From the IMG/VR virus record IMGVR_UViG_3300003375_000063, positions 1 through 38,333 of that record: DNA of 38,333 nucleotides; one strand, written 5' to 3'. The position numbers and the translations under genes are program-made. This DNA is from a virus. Its lineage: Duplodnaviria > Caudoviricetes. Positions 28,198 to 35,309 of the stretch are shown here, in pieces. The notes below the pieces were generated by a model. The model searched no databases and was not told where the DNA came from. It saw only the letters and a program-made list of their open reading frames with translations. Position 1 is the stretch's first letter. Each line of letters starts with the position of its first letter.

Positions 28198-28439
28198 TGG
28201 TAGACGTGACCAGAGACGACGACTATGACTGGGCCGACGACGACACGATGTCCCGTGAGGAAACGTTGGCGCGATTTGAGGCGTTGGACCCGAGTCCGTC
28301 AGTGGGTCCGAAAGCTGGACGTGAGCCGATTAGGGTGCGTCCGGGTGCTGGCGCACTGAAGGTTTTTGGCAATTCCGTGGGTTCCCCGCAGGTCGGAGCG
28401 TTCATTGCCCGTAAGACTGAGCTAACTGTCGCTTCCTGA
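28194..28439 (+). CDS. putative antitoxin (acidic N-terminus)
   Basis: ATGA overlap with the toxin-like gene; DDDYDWADDD acidic segment; 81 aa. Confidence 0.45.
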   Translation: MMVDVTRDDDYDWADDDTMSREETLARFEALDPSPSVGPKAGREPIRVRPGAGALKVFGNSVGSPQVGAFIARKTELTVAS

Positions 28440-28763
28440 TTCAAAGAGGGCTTTGAGTTCTTGCGGTCCAGCGAAGCCGACCATCTGGAAGCGGCAGTTC
28501 TGAAATGAGCAGTTCTGGATGCCGATGGCGCCGACGACGATCTGCCGGTCTGGTGGTACCACCCAGAACAACGCATTGGCGTCGGGGGCATCGAATCGGC
28601 AGTGGCTAATCGTGTTGTCGTCCAGGATCGCGATTACTGCTGGGCCGACTATGGTGCAGTTCCGGAAGGCAAGGTCTTCCAAGAGGTCAGATGTAACGGT
28701 TAGCTCCGCGAGGCGGACGAGTTCGTCGCGGTATTCCTTGTTGCTGGGGTGTGGTCCTGTCAT
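28422..28763 (-). CDS. hypothetical protein with beta-helix/pentapeptide-like repeats
   Basis: LEDLAFRNCTIVGP, ISHCRF, IQNCSFQNCRF repeats; last gene of the leftward repressor run. Confidence 0.7.
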   Translation of the reverse strand: MTGPHPSNKEYRDELVRLAELTVTSDLLEDLAFRNCTIVGPAVIAILDDNTISHCRFDAPDANALFWVVPPDRQIVVGAIGIQNCSFQNCRFQMVGFAGPQELKALFESGSDS

Positions 28764-28791
28764 GGGATCAGCATCTCAGATGGGTTTCGTA

Positions 28792-29841
28792 TCAGTCGTC
28801 AAGGTTGACCCTTGACCGGTTGACTTCGATCTCTGCGAGGGCGGCGATGATGAGGTCGTCGAGTGTGGTGCCGACGGTGGGTGAGCTGGCGTGACCGACG
28901 ACCGCGGGAATTCCGTTCTCGGCGAGGCAGGTTCGGGCGCGTTTGGCGAGGAATGCTGCGCTGTCTGGGTCGCCGTTCTCGGTGAGAAAGATCCAGGTGA
29001 GGCCGTCGTGGAGGCTGATGTCGTCATCGTGGCGGAATGCGCGTCTGACGACGGTTGCTGCTTCTAGTAGGTCGTCGGCTTGGGTGAGGATGAGGATTCC
29101 CGCGTGATCAGCGCGCAGGCGGGCAGATGCTTTCGCGACCCAAGCTCGGTGAGTGACCGCTTCCACAGGTGTCGTGTCGCGCTTGAGCTGGACCCTGACG
29201 AGGATGTGCTGAATTATGAGCACTGCGGGAGCGGCACACACGACGAGTATGAGTGAGCTGATGATCTCTCGACCTACCGCAGCGCCAAGCATCAAGCCGC
29301 CGATCTCAACGAGATTGTCCGCTGGGTTCAGCATGGGCTTCAAAGCCTTTAGGTCTGCGCCGTCGGAGAGCATAGCCAAAGCGATCAGTGCCCAGTTGAG
29401 CATGAAGTACGTCACTGCTGGCGCAATAAATGGGACCGCTTGGTGGGCGTAGTGCGCTCCAGCTGCCGAGAGAAGCACGGCGCACACGGTGTAAAGGAAC
29501 CGGTGCCATTGCCCTCGGTAGACATCGCGGACCAGGGGGTATTGGGCGCCGATTACAACCACGCTCACGACGGCGGTCCACCACAACGAGCACGACAAGG
29601 CGGCGGCAAACGTCCAAATGGACGCAAGGTCGAGGCGCCGCGCGTCCTCAGCACCTTCTCTGCGCTGTCGATCTATCCGCCAGCAGACGAATTGCGTGAG
29701 CAGTGCCGCAGTGATGAGGCACGTTGGCGGTACGACGCTGCCCATGTTCCGCGAGCTGAAAGCGAGAACGAGCGCGGCGATCAGGAATACGACGGCTACG
29801 GTCACCCGAGTTTTCAAGGGGCGGTGCCAGAGGGTTGGCAT
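28792..29841 (-). CDS. multi-TM membrane protein with degenerate GGDEF domain (RxxD retained)
   Basis: About 6-7 hydrophobic helices; C-terminal L.EAA.VVRRAFRHDD-x5-DGLTW, A..LA.R.R..L, VG.A..P..GTTLDDLI.AA matches the GGDEF fold layout; TGATG-coupled to the repressor. Confidence 0.7.
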   Translation of the reverse strand: MPTLWHRPLKTRVTVAVVFLIAALVLAFSSRNMGSVVPPTCLITAALLTQFVCWRIDRQRREGAEDARRLDLASIWTFAAALSCSLWWTAVVSVVVIGAQYPLVRDVYRGQWHRFLYTVCAVLLSAAGAHYAHQAVPFIAPAVTYFMLNWALIALAMLSDGADLKALKPMLNPADNLVEIGGLMLGAAVGREIISSLILVVCAAPAVLIIQHILVRVQLKRDTTPVEAVTHRAWVAKASARLRADHAGILILTQADDLLEAATVVRRAFRHDDDISLHDGLTWIFLTENGDPDSAAFLAKRARTCLAENGIPAVVGHASSPTVGTTLDDLIIAALAEIEVNRSRVNLDD

Positions 29842-30380
29842 CACTCCACCGTTCTATCGATAGAGGGAGGTGCGTCATGGAGGCCAACCGGTGGTGGATC
29901 TAGGCGGTTGTAGTAGGCCATCATGTCGAAGAGTTGCTGACTGATGCGGCCGATTGTGTAGAGGTGGTCGGGGTTCCCGAATTCTTGGACTAAGTCCCGT
30001 ACGGGACCTTCGAGTCGCGTACGGACTCGCCCGATCTCGATGAAGAGTGCGCCGGCAGATGGTGCGCCGTCTCCCAATGATGGGTCAGGCGACGCGCTGT
30101 CTGCCGGCGCTTCTTTTGTTACAAGGGCCTCTATGTCGAGGGCGTCGCCATCAAGGATGCTTTCACAGGTTCCGGTTGGCCAGCCTAGGGACTGATCCAG
30201 TGGTCGGAGGGTCTGCGGCCGGTACTTGGCGACAACGCCCGCTTCGATCGACGTCAGGGACGTGACGGATGGTCCGCCTCGGGCATGCACTTTGTCGCGC
30301 GACCAGAGCAGGTAATTGCGCCGCGCTGAGACGGCTTTCCCGAGGCGGGTGAAGTTTTCCGGGGTGGCCCGAATCGACAT
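29841..30380 (-). CDS. immunity repressor (XRE-type HTH)
   Basis: RLG.AV.ARR...SR..V.ARGGPS..SL..IE.G...R..TL..LD..LGW..G....IL.G actinophage repressor motif; divergent from cro; start taken at ATG 30380. Confidence 0.85.
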   Translation of the reverse strand: MSIRATPENFTRLGKAVSARRNYLLWSRDKVHARGGPSVTSLTSIEAGVVAKYRPQTLRPLDQSLGWPTGTCESILDGDALDIEALVTKEAPADSASPDPSLGDGAPSAGALFIEIGRVRTRLEGPVRDLVQEFGNPDHLYTIGRISQQLFDMMAYYNRLDPPPVGLHDAPPSIDRTVE

Positions 30381-30527
30381 GCAACCGAGTATGTCAGACA
30401 ACATAAGACAACAATAGACCACATGCGTGGCCCGAAATGCAACAGGTATACGTGACTTGTGGCGTAGATCAATTATTCCTGTCTGGACCTGTTGCATGTT
30501 GTGCCAAGTTGTGCCAAGCTTTGTGCC
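30381..30527. promoter_or_regulatory. repressor/cro divergent promoters and operator repeats
   Basis: Rightward TTGCAT-17-CAAGCT-7-ATG; leftward TGA-CATACT-7-ATG; 10-bp tandem repeats on both sides; 11-bp inverted repeat 30437-30447 / 30487-30497. Confidence 0.75.
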
Positions 30528-30797
30528 ATGCCAAGCCTTAGACCACTCGGACCTCAAGTCCAGATACGCGACTTGCGCCACGCTCACAAGATCACGCTGG
30601 AGCAGCTCGCCGAGCGCATACGCAATCTCGGTGTCGACATCACCGTCGCGGCGTTGTCGAACATCGAGACGGGCCGAAAGCGAGCATCTGACCGGCTCCT
30701 CAACGCATGGGGCGAGGCGCTCGGCGTGGGTGCGCTGAACGTCTACCAGGCTCCTGCAGAAGCACGCCAGCTCGACAGTCAAAGCGTCGCGTCATGA
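30528..30797 (+). CDS. Cro-like HTH regulator
   Basis: IRDLR....ITLEQLAERI...V.ALSNIETGRKRAS..LL HTH_3 motif; divergent from the repressor. Confidence 0.88.
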   Translation: MPSLRPLGPQVQIRDLRHAHKITLEQLAERIRNLGVDITVAALSNIETGRKRASDRLLNAWGEALGVGALNVYQAPAEARQLDSQSVAS

Positions 30798-31075
30798 GCG
30801 GCGCAACGACATCCAACTGGGATGAGGCTGCTCAGCAGTTAGGTGTGAAGGTCCGGTGGCTGCGCGACAACCTCAGTCGTTTGCCGCATCACCGGTATGC
30901 GCGGTCGATCCGGTTCGAGGCTGACGACATCCAGGCGATCCGGGATATGCACCGGGTAGTGCCTCCGGGGATGGGGACAGAGATGGAGGCGCGTCGGGAT
31001 CTTTCGTCTCCTGTGGAGATGGTGAAGGTTGGGCGTGCTCGTCGGTCCCGTTCGGTGTCGGGGGTGGCGTCATGA
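30794..31075 (+). CDS. excisionase-like winged HTH protein
   Basis: DEAAQQLGV..RWL....LPH.R....IRF...DI.A pattern; directly after cro. Confidence 0.75.
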   Translation: MSGATTSNWDEAAQQLGVKVRWLRDNLSRLPHHRYARSIRFEADDIQAIRDMHRVVPPGMGTEMEARRDLSSPVEMVKVGRARRSRSVSGVAS

Positions 31076-31434
31076 CCCCCGAAGAGCATTACGCAGAAGC
31101 AGAGAATTTGCTCCAGCAAGCGCGGGTGAAGGTAGCCACGCGGCAATCGCAGGAATCCGACGCGCTCGCACTTCGGGCTCAGGCGCACGCGACGCTGGCT
31201 GCGGCTGGTGCACAGTCACTGGTTGGGCAGGAGTGGGCTGTTGAGTGGGGCGTGGAGCTCCGTGGCTCGGATGGGGCTAGTGAGTTCTCGCCTGCGGTGA
31301 GTCGTCGGAACGCTGAGCAGACCCGTGATGCGCTACCGACGGTATCGCCTGGTGTGTCGGCGCGCCTGGTGTGTCGGAGCGTGTCGCCTGTGTGGGTGCC
31401 TGTCGACTCGTGGGTGGATGGGAGCGAGTCATGA
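31072..31434 (+). CDS. hypothetical protein
   Basis: ATGA-coupled early gene; MTPEEHYAEAE.LL...AQAHATLA motif. Confidence 0.75.
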   Translation: MTPEEHYAEAENLLQQARVKVATRQSQESDALALRAQAHATLAAAGAQSLVGQEWAVEWGVELRGSDGASEFSPAVSRRNAEQTRDALPTVSPGVSARLVCRSVSPVWVPVDSWVDGSES

Positions 31435-31610
31435 CGTGGCATCACTTCGTGGACTGGGTCCTGGTGTTCTGCTGGCTGTGGTTCGCGTTTTTGGCTGGCC
31501 GGGCGGTGGAGCGAGAGAAGTCGCTGGGGTCGTTTGATGATTCGGCGGCGCTCGGTGACGTGGAGTACACGGAGTCGCTAGCTGCGGATCTGCTCGGTGG
31601 TGCGCGATGA
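31431..31610 (+). CDS. small membrane protein
   Basis: ATGA overlaps at both ends; TM WVLVFCWLWFAFLAG. Confidence 0.65.
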   Translation: MTWHHFVDWVLVFCWLWFAFLAGRAVEREKSLGSFDDSAALGDVEYTESLAADLLGGAR

Positions 31611-31921
31611 GTGGTGTGCGGTTCTTCCGTCCCCCCGTGCTGACGCCGGAGGAACGTAAGGCGGGTGTGCGTCCTGGTCCTCAGAGCACGCATCCTGCTG
31701 CTGACTCGCTGTTCGGTGTCGCGTCCCGGGATCTGACCAACGTGCTGAAGGCTCTGAATGACCTGAAGCGGTATGAGTCGACCGGGCGATTGGACTTGTC
31801 CGTCGAGTACCTCGGTGATGTGTGGGATGCGGCGCAGGGCTCGATGAAGGGGCTGCTGCGGGCGTTGGATGAGGCGGTCGCGCGGTACGACGCTGAGCAT
31901 CCCGACGAGGCTCTGTCATGA
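31607..31921 (+). CDS. hypothetical protein
   Basis: ATGA-coupled 104-aa helical ORF. Confidence 0.7.
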   Translation: MSGVRFFRPPVLTPEERKAGVRPGPQSTHPAADSLFGVASRDLTNVLKALNDLKRYESTGRLDLSVEYLGDVWDAAQGSMKGLLRALDEAVARYDAEHPDEALS

Positions 31922-31953
31922 AACGCCGCGTGCAGCGGGTGTTTCCCTTATTT

Positions 31954-32148
31954 TTCCGGCGCGTTTGTTTCGGGGGATTCAGCGCGCCGGGATTGGCCCT
32001 CTCAGATCTCTTTCCTCCCCGTTCGGGGTCTGAGAGCCGGGCGGCGGTGTGGACTTCCCTCCAGCCGCAACCGCTGCCCGGGTCTGGTGTGGTTGGGGTC
32101 CCGCGTCGCGCTTGGGGCGTCGCGGGCACCCAGCTCGCATGCGGGTGC
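31954..32148 (+). ncRNA. array of hairpins, putative structured RNA
   Basis: Stems at 31954-31992, 31999-32036, 32037-32081, 32100-32126; G-U pairs favour the + strand. Confidence 0.45.
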
Positions 32149-32153
32149 TTGTG

Positions 32154-32480
32154 GTGACCGGAGCGGCGGCTCGGCGCCGGTCGCGTCCGGCTGTGTCGAC
32201 TGAGCCGATGTGGCAGCCGGGGTCGCACATTGATCCGGCGCTCGCTGATCGGTGGACTCCGGAGCGCGTCCGGGCGTTGCTGGTGCTGGTGGTGGATGGT
32301 GAGCCGGAGGACATGCGGATGCGGGCGATCAACGCGCTGCGGGAGTTCGGGAATCCTCATGTTTTTTCGTGTGTTCGTCACCCTCGGCCGGGTCCTGGGA
32401 TGTCGTGGTCGGGGATCGTGCGTCACGTCCGGGAGCTGGGCTCGCATACCTCAGATGAGTTTGTGTTCACGCCTAACTGA
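32154..32480 (+). CDS. hypothetical protein (start uncertain)
   Basis: 3' part of ORF 32049-32480 is protein-like; GTG 32154 lies just after the hairpin array. Confidence 0.5.
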   Translation: MTGAAARRRSRPAVSTEPMWQPGSHIDPALADRWTPERVRALLVLVVDGEPEDMRMRAINALREFGNPHVFSCVRHPRPGPGMSWSGIVRHVRELGSHTSDEFVFTPN

Positions 32481-32573
32481 CTTTCGCCTTACTTAGCTGG
32501 TCATTCGTGTGCTTCGGCGCGCCTCATAGACCTCATTTTCTCCTTTTTCGTGTCCCTTGAAGGGAGCACAGTC

Positions 32574-32831
32574 ATGCCAGGAATTCGTTGCGACGACGAC
32601 CGGTCGGCGCGTAAAGCGGGCCGCGCGGCGGCGTTGCGCGCGGTGAAGCTTTACACGGTCGCGGGTGCTACCCAGTACAACGCGTTGGACGCTGCTCGTG
32701 GGTTGTTCGCTGAGAACATCGCTCACGCGTACGCCTCGGAGTTGGAGCCTGATCCAGTTGAGGTGTGGGCGTATTGGACGGTGAAGCTGTGGCTTGCTGA
32801 TCCGTCGCGGAATGTCGAGGCGGCGGCATGA
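32574..32831 (+). CDS. hypothetical protein
   Basis: ATG after AAGGGAG; ATGA overlap with the next gene. Confidence 0.7.
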   Translation: MPGIRCDDDRSARKAGRAAALRAVKLYTVAGATQYNALDAARGLFAENIAHAYASELEPDPVEVWAYWTVKLWLADPSRNVEAAA

Positions 32832-33538
32832 GCCGCGAGGTCCGTCGTGTCCCGGTCGGGTGGCAGCATCCAACGGAGCCGAATCCGTATTGGCACGCGC
32901 AGCAGGCGTGGCGAGTTCGGCATCACCGTCCAATGTCCCGGCTTCTTGACCCTGGCATGCGGTTCGTTCCGCTGCATCGGACGTCGGTCATCGCGGCGCA
33001 AGCAGAATGGGATCGCGAGCGAGACGATTGGGCGGCGGGGACTCACGGACACCTCGACTTTTTACTGAGGTACCACTCCGCTGAAGGCTATGTCGACGTC
33101 AACGGCATCCGTAAGGTAACGCCGTATTCCGTCTGTGACGAGTCGGGTGAGAAGGTCGTTCGTTCGTTCTTCCCCACATCGGCGGCGGAGATCGTCGATG
33201 TCTATCCATATGAGTATTACGCGGGCCAGCGTCCGGATGGCTCGGACCATATGCCTGATTTCGATGTGCCAGCGGATGATCTGGGCTGGTGTCTTTACCA
33301 GACAGTGAGCGAGGGCTCACCTGTTACGCCGGTGTTCGCGTCTGCTGCTGAGCTGATCGATCATTTAGCGACTGTAGGTGAGGACGGGGAGGAAGTTCCG
33401 CTGCGGAGGGCAGCTGCTGAGCAGATTGTCTCGGATGGCGGAACGGTCGGCTCGTTCGTCATGGTCGGCGGATCGTTGCTCGATTCGGCGACGGACGCTG
33501 ACTTGATCGCTGAGCGTCTGGGCGGAGCGCAGTCATGA
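32828..33538 (+). CDS. conserved hypothetical phage protein
   Basis: MSREVRRVP.GW.HP ... Y..VSEGSPVTPVF...EL..HL motifs; coupled on both sides. Confidence 0.75.
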   Translation: MSREVRRVPVGWQHPTEPNPYWHAQQAWRVRHHRPMSRLLDPGMRFVPLHRTSVIAAQAEWDRERDDWAAGTHGHLDFLLRYHSAEGYVDVNGIRKVTPYSVCDESGEKVVRSFFPTSAAEIVDVYPYEYYAGQRPDGSDHMPDFDVPADDLGWCLYQTVSEGSPVTPVFASAAELIDHLATVGEDGEEVPLRRAAAEQIVSDGGTVGSFVMVGGSLLDSATDADLIAERLGGAQS

Positions 33539-34005
33539 GTTTGGCTCGGCACACTCCGTTGCGTCGTGTGGGGTTCCAGTCGAGGCGCACTTCGGCGCCG
33601 GCGCCGAATCTTCGGACGTCTGATATTCCCTCTCCGGTGCGGAAGTCTCTGCGTCCGCAGTCGAAGCAGCGCGAGGCCGACAATGTTCGGCGTCGCGCTA
33701 TCGAGGCGCTTCTGTTCAGTCGGCAGCCGTGGTGCGCTAACTGCGGGAAGCCGGGCGCTCTCGGCGCGGATCTGTCTGGGCATGAGCGCCGTGGACGCGC
33801 GCAGGGCGGCGACCCGACCAAGCCCGACTGCCTGCTGTGCCATGGGTGCAACACATGGTGCGAGGACAACCCAATTATGGCCGCTAAGTATGGCTGGAAG
33901 CTCTCGCGGAAGTGGTCCCGTCACTCGTGGCTCGCGGCGAACCAAGCGTGGACAGTAAGCGGCCGGATCTACACGTTCCCGACTCTGGCCGAGGCGGACG
34001 CGTGA
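33535..34005 (+). CDS. HNH-like endonuclease
   Basis: CANC...HERR.R.QGG.....LCHGCN.W.E.NP..A...GW. Confidence 0.75.
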   Translation: MSLARHTPLRRVGFQSRRTSAPAPNLRTSDIPSPVRKSLRPQSKQREADNVRRRAIEALLFSRQPWCANCGKPGALGADLSGHERRGRAQGGDPTKPDCLLCHGCNTWCEDNPIMAAKYGWKLSRKWSRHSWLAANQAWTVSGRIYTFPTLAEADA

Positions 34006-34637
34006 TGTCTGCGGGTGCGCCTATTGGTGCGGATGAGTCGGTGGGGACTGGTCCAGTCCCTGAGCTGTCGCTGGTGGAGTTGACGGGGGACTGCCGCGCC
34101 GGGGCTTCGTCGTCGTGGCCGAATGTGACGTTGCTTCAGGTTGGGTGCGATGGCCGGATGTGGTTGACAAATAAGGTGTGGTTCCTCGATTTCCGTGTGG
34201 TCATTGACGATTGGTGGGTTGATGATGTGGCCCGGGCGGAGGGCGTTGAGCCGCCTGTCCTGAGTATTCGTCCTTTTCCTGCTGATGCCGCGCATCGTGC
34301 GGTGGTCGGGTTGCTTGTTCATGACGAGGTGTTGGGGTCGGAGCCGTTTCGTGTCGACCCGATGTTGGCTGGTGTGTTTTCCGCTGCTGAGTATCGGGTG
34401 TTGGGCACTATGCGGCTGAATCATTGCGTCGTTGGTGTGTTGGGGGATCGGTTCGGTAATCGGGTCGGTGCGCTCGCTGAGTACCGCGGGGACGATGCGT
34501 TGCCGATTCCTGTGCCGCGTCGGGTGGTGGCGTTGCGTGAGGGCATCGGGTCGGTCGCGGGCGTGACGAATTGGCAGGCGTGGCATGTCGCGGCGCATCT
34601 CGCGAAAGCTGAGCAGTGTGCGGGTGATTCGCTGTGA
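34005..34637 (+). CDS. hypothetical protein
   Basis: TGATG coupling; 210 aa. Confidence 0.65.
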   Translation: MSAGAPIGADESVGTGPVPELSLVELTGDCRAGASSSWPNVTLLQVGCDGRMWLTNKVWFLDFRVVIDDWWVDDVARAEGVEPPVLSIRPFPADAAHRAVVGLLVHDEVLGSEPFRVDPMLAGVFSAAEYRVLGTMRLNHCVVGVLGDRFGNRVGALAEYRGDDALPIPVPRRVVALREGIGSVAGVTNWQAWHVAAHLAKAEQCAGDSL

Positions 34638-34861
34638 CTGACGTTTGGGTGCTGTTGGCGGTTGTCCACACATTGTGTAAAACACTGTGGATTCGTGTGC
34701 GGTCGTTGCCGAAGCGTCGCCATGATCGGGTGGCGGCGATCGAGGCTGAGGCGGACGCGGCGATCCGGTTCTTCCGTGAGGCGAAGGAATTGCCTCACGA
34801 TTCAGCGCATTTCGCTGAGTTCAGTCGTCGGTACGCGCGGATGGTCGGTGGTCAGCGATGA
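34634..34861 (+). CDS. hypothetical protein
   Basis: GTGA/ATGA overlaps on both sides. Confidence 0.6.
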   Translation: MTDVWVLLAVVHTLCKTLWIRVRSLPKRRHDRVAAIEAEADAAIRFFREAKELPHDSAHFAEFSRRYARMVGGQR

Positions 34862-35025
34862 GCCGACGGAGAGCGTTTCTGTTGGCGGCGGGTGTCGTGG
34901 GGTGGGTGTCGGTGGGTGCTGCTGTTGTGGTGGCGCGTGTGGTCGCTGGTGATCCTGCGGACGTGCCGGACGCTGCGGAAGGCACGGATGTGTTTGTTTC
35001 TCGGCGTGATCTGAGGTCGCTGTGA
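34858..35025 (+). CDS. 55-aa membrane/secreted peptide with twin-arginine-like motif
   Basis: Hand-translated MSRRRAFLLAAGVVGWVSVGAAVVVARVVAGDP...RSL*; ATGA and GTGA overlaps; not in the ORF track. Confidence 0.65.
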   Translation: MSRRRAFLLAAGVVGWVSVGAAVVVARVVAGDPADVPDAAEGTDVFVSRRDLRSL

Positions 35026-35309
35026 CTGCTCGGAAGAAGAAGTCGGAGCAGGACAATCCGTGGCCTGGTCGTGTGGTGGTGATGTTCCGGGGCGGTGCTC
35101 GTGATGGCTGGTGTTATTTCCGGCCGGATGCTGAGCAGCTCGCGCGGGCGTCGAATGCGATGGGCCGGGAGTTCGAGTACTGCCCGATGTCGCCGAGTGA
35201 GCCTGAGTTTGTGCCGCATCCGGAGCATCCGTCGGTGATGTGCGAGGTGTGGCGTCAGGACCCGGCTGTGATTCGTAGACGTATCGATTCGTTAAGGAGA
35301 TCCGCATGA
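35022..35309 (+). CDS. hypothetical protein
   Basis: Coupled ORF with F.GG.RDG motif. Confidence 0.65.
   Translation: MTARKKKSEQDNPWPGRVVVMFRGGARDGWCYFRPDAEQLARASNAMGREFEYCPMSPSEPEFVPHPEHPSVMCEVWRQDPAVIRRRIDSLRRSA

Noticed and set aside
26246-30380. Integration-dependent immunity (attP inside repressor, as in mycobacteriophage BPs)
   Set aside because: attP is intergenic and over 3.5 kb from the repressor; neither repressor nor integrase ends in an ssrA-like tag
30381-30782. N-terminal extension of the repressor ORF to 313 aa
   Set aside because: Overlaps cro and the operator region; homology pattern and -10 element point to ATG 30380
31918-32157. 79-aa CDS over the hairpin array
   Set aside because: It has ATGA coupling but atypical composition and coincides with dense RNA structure; left uncalled, not excluded
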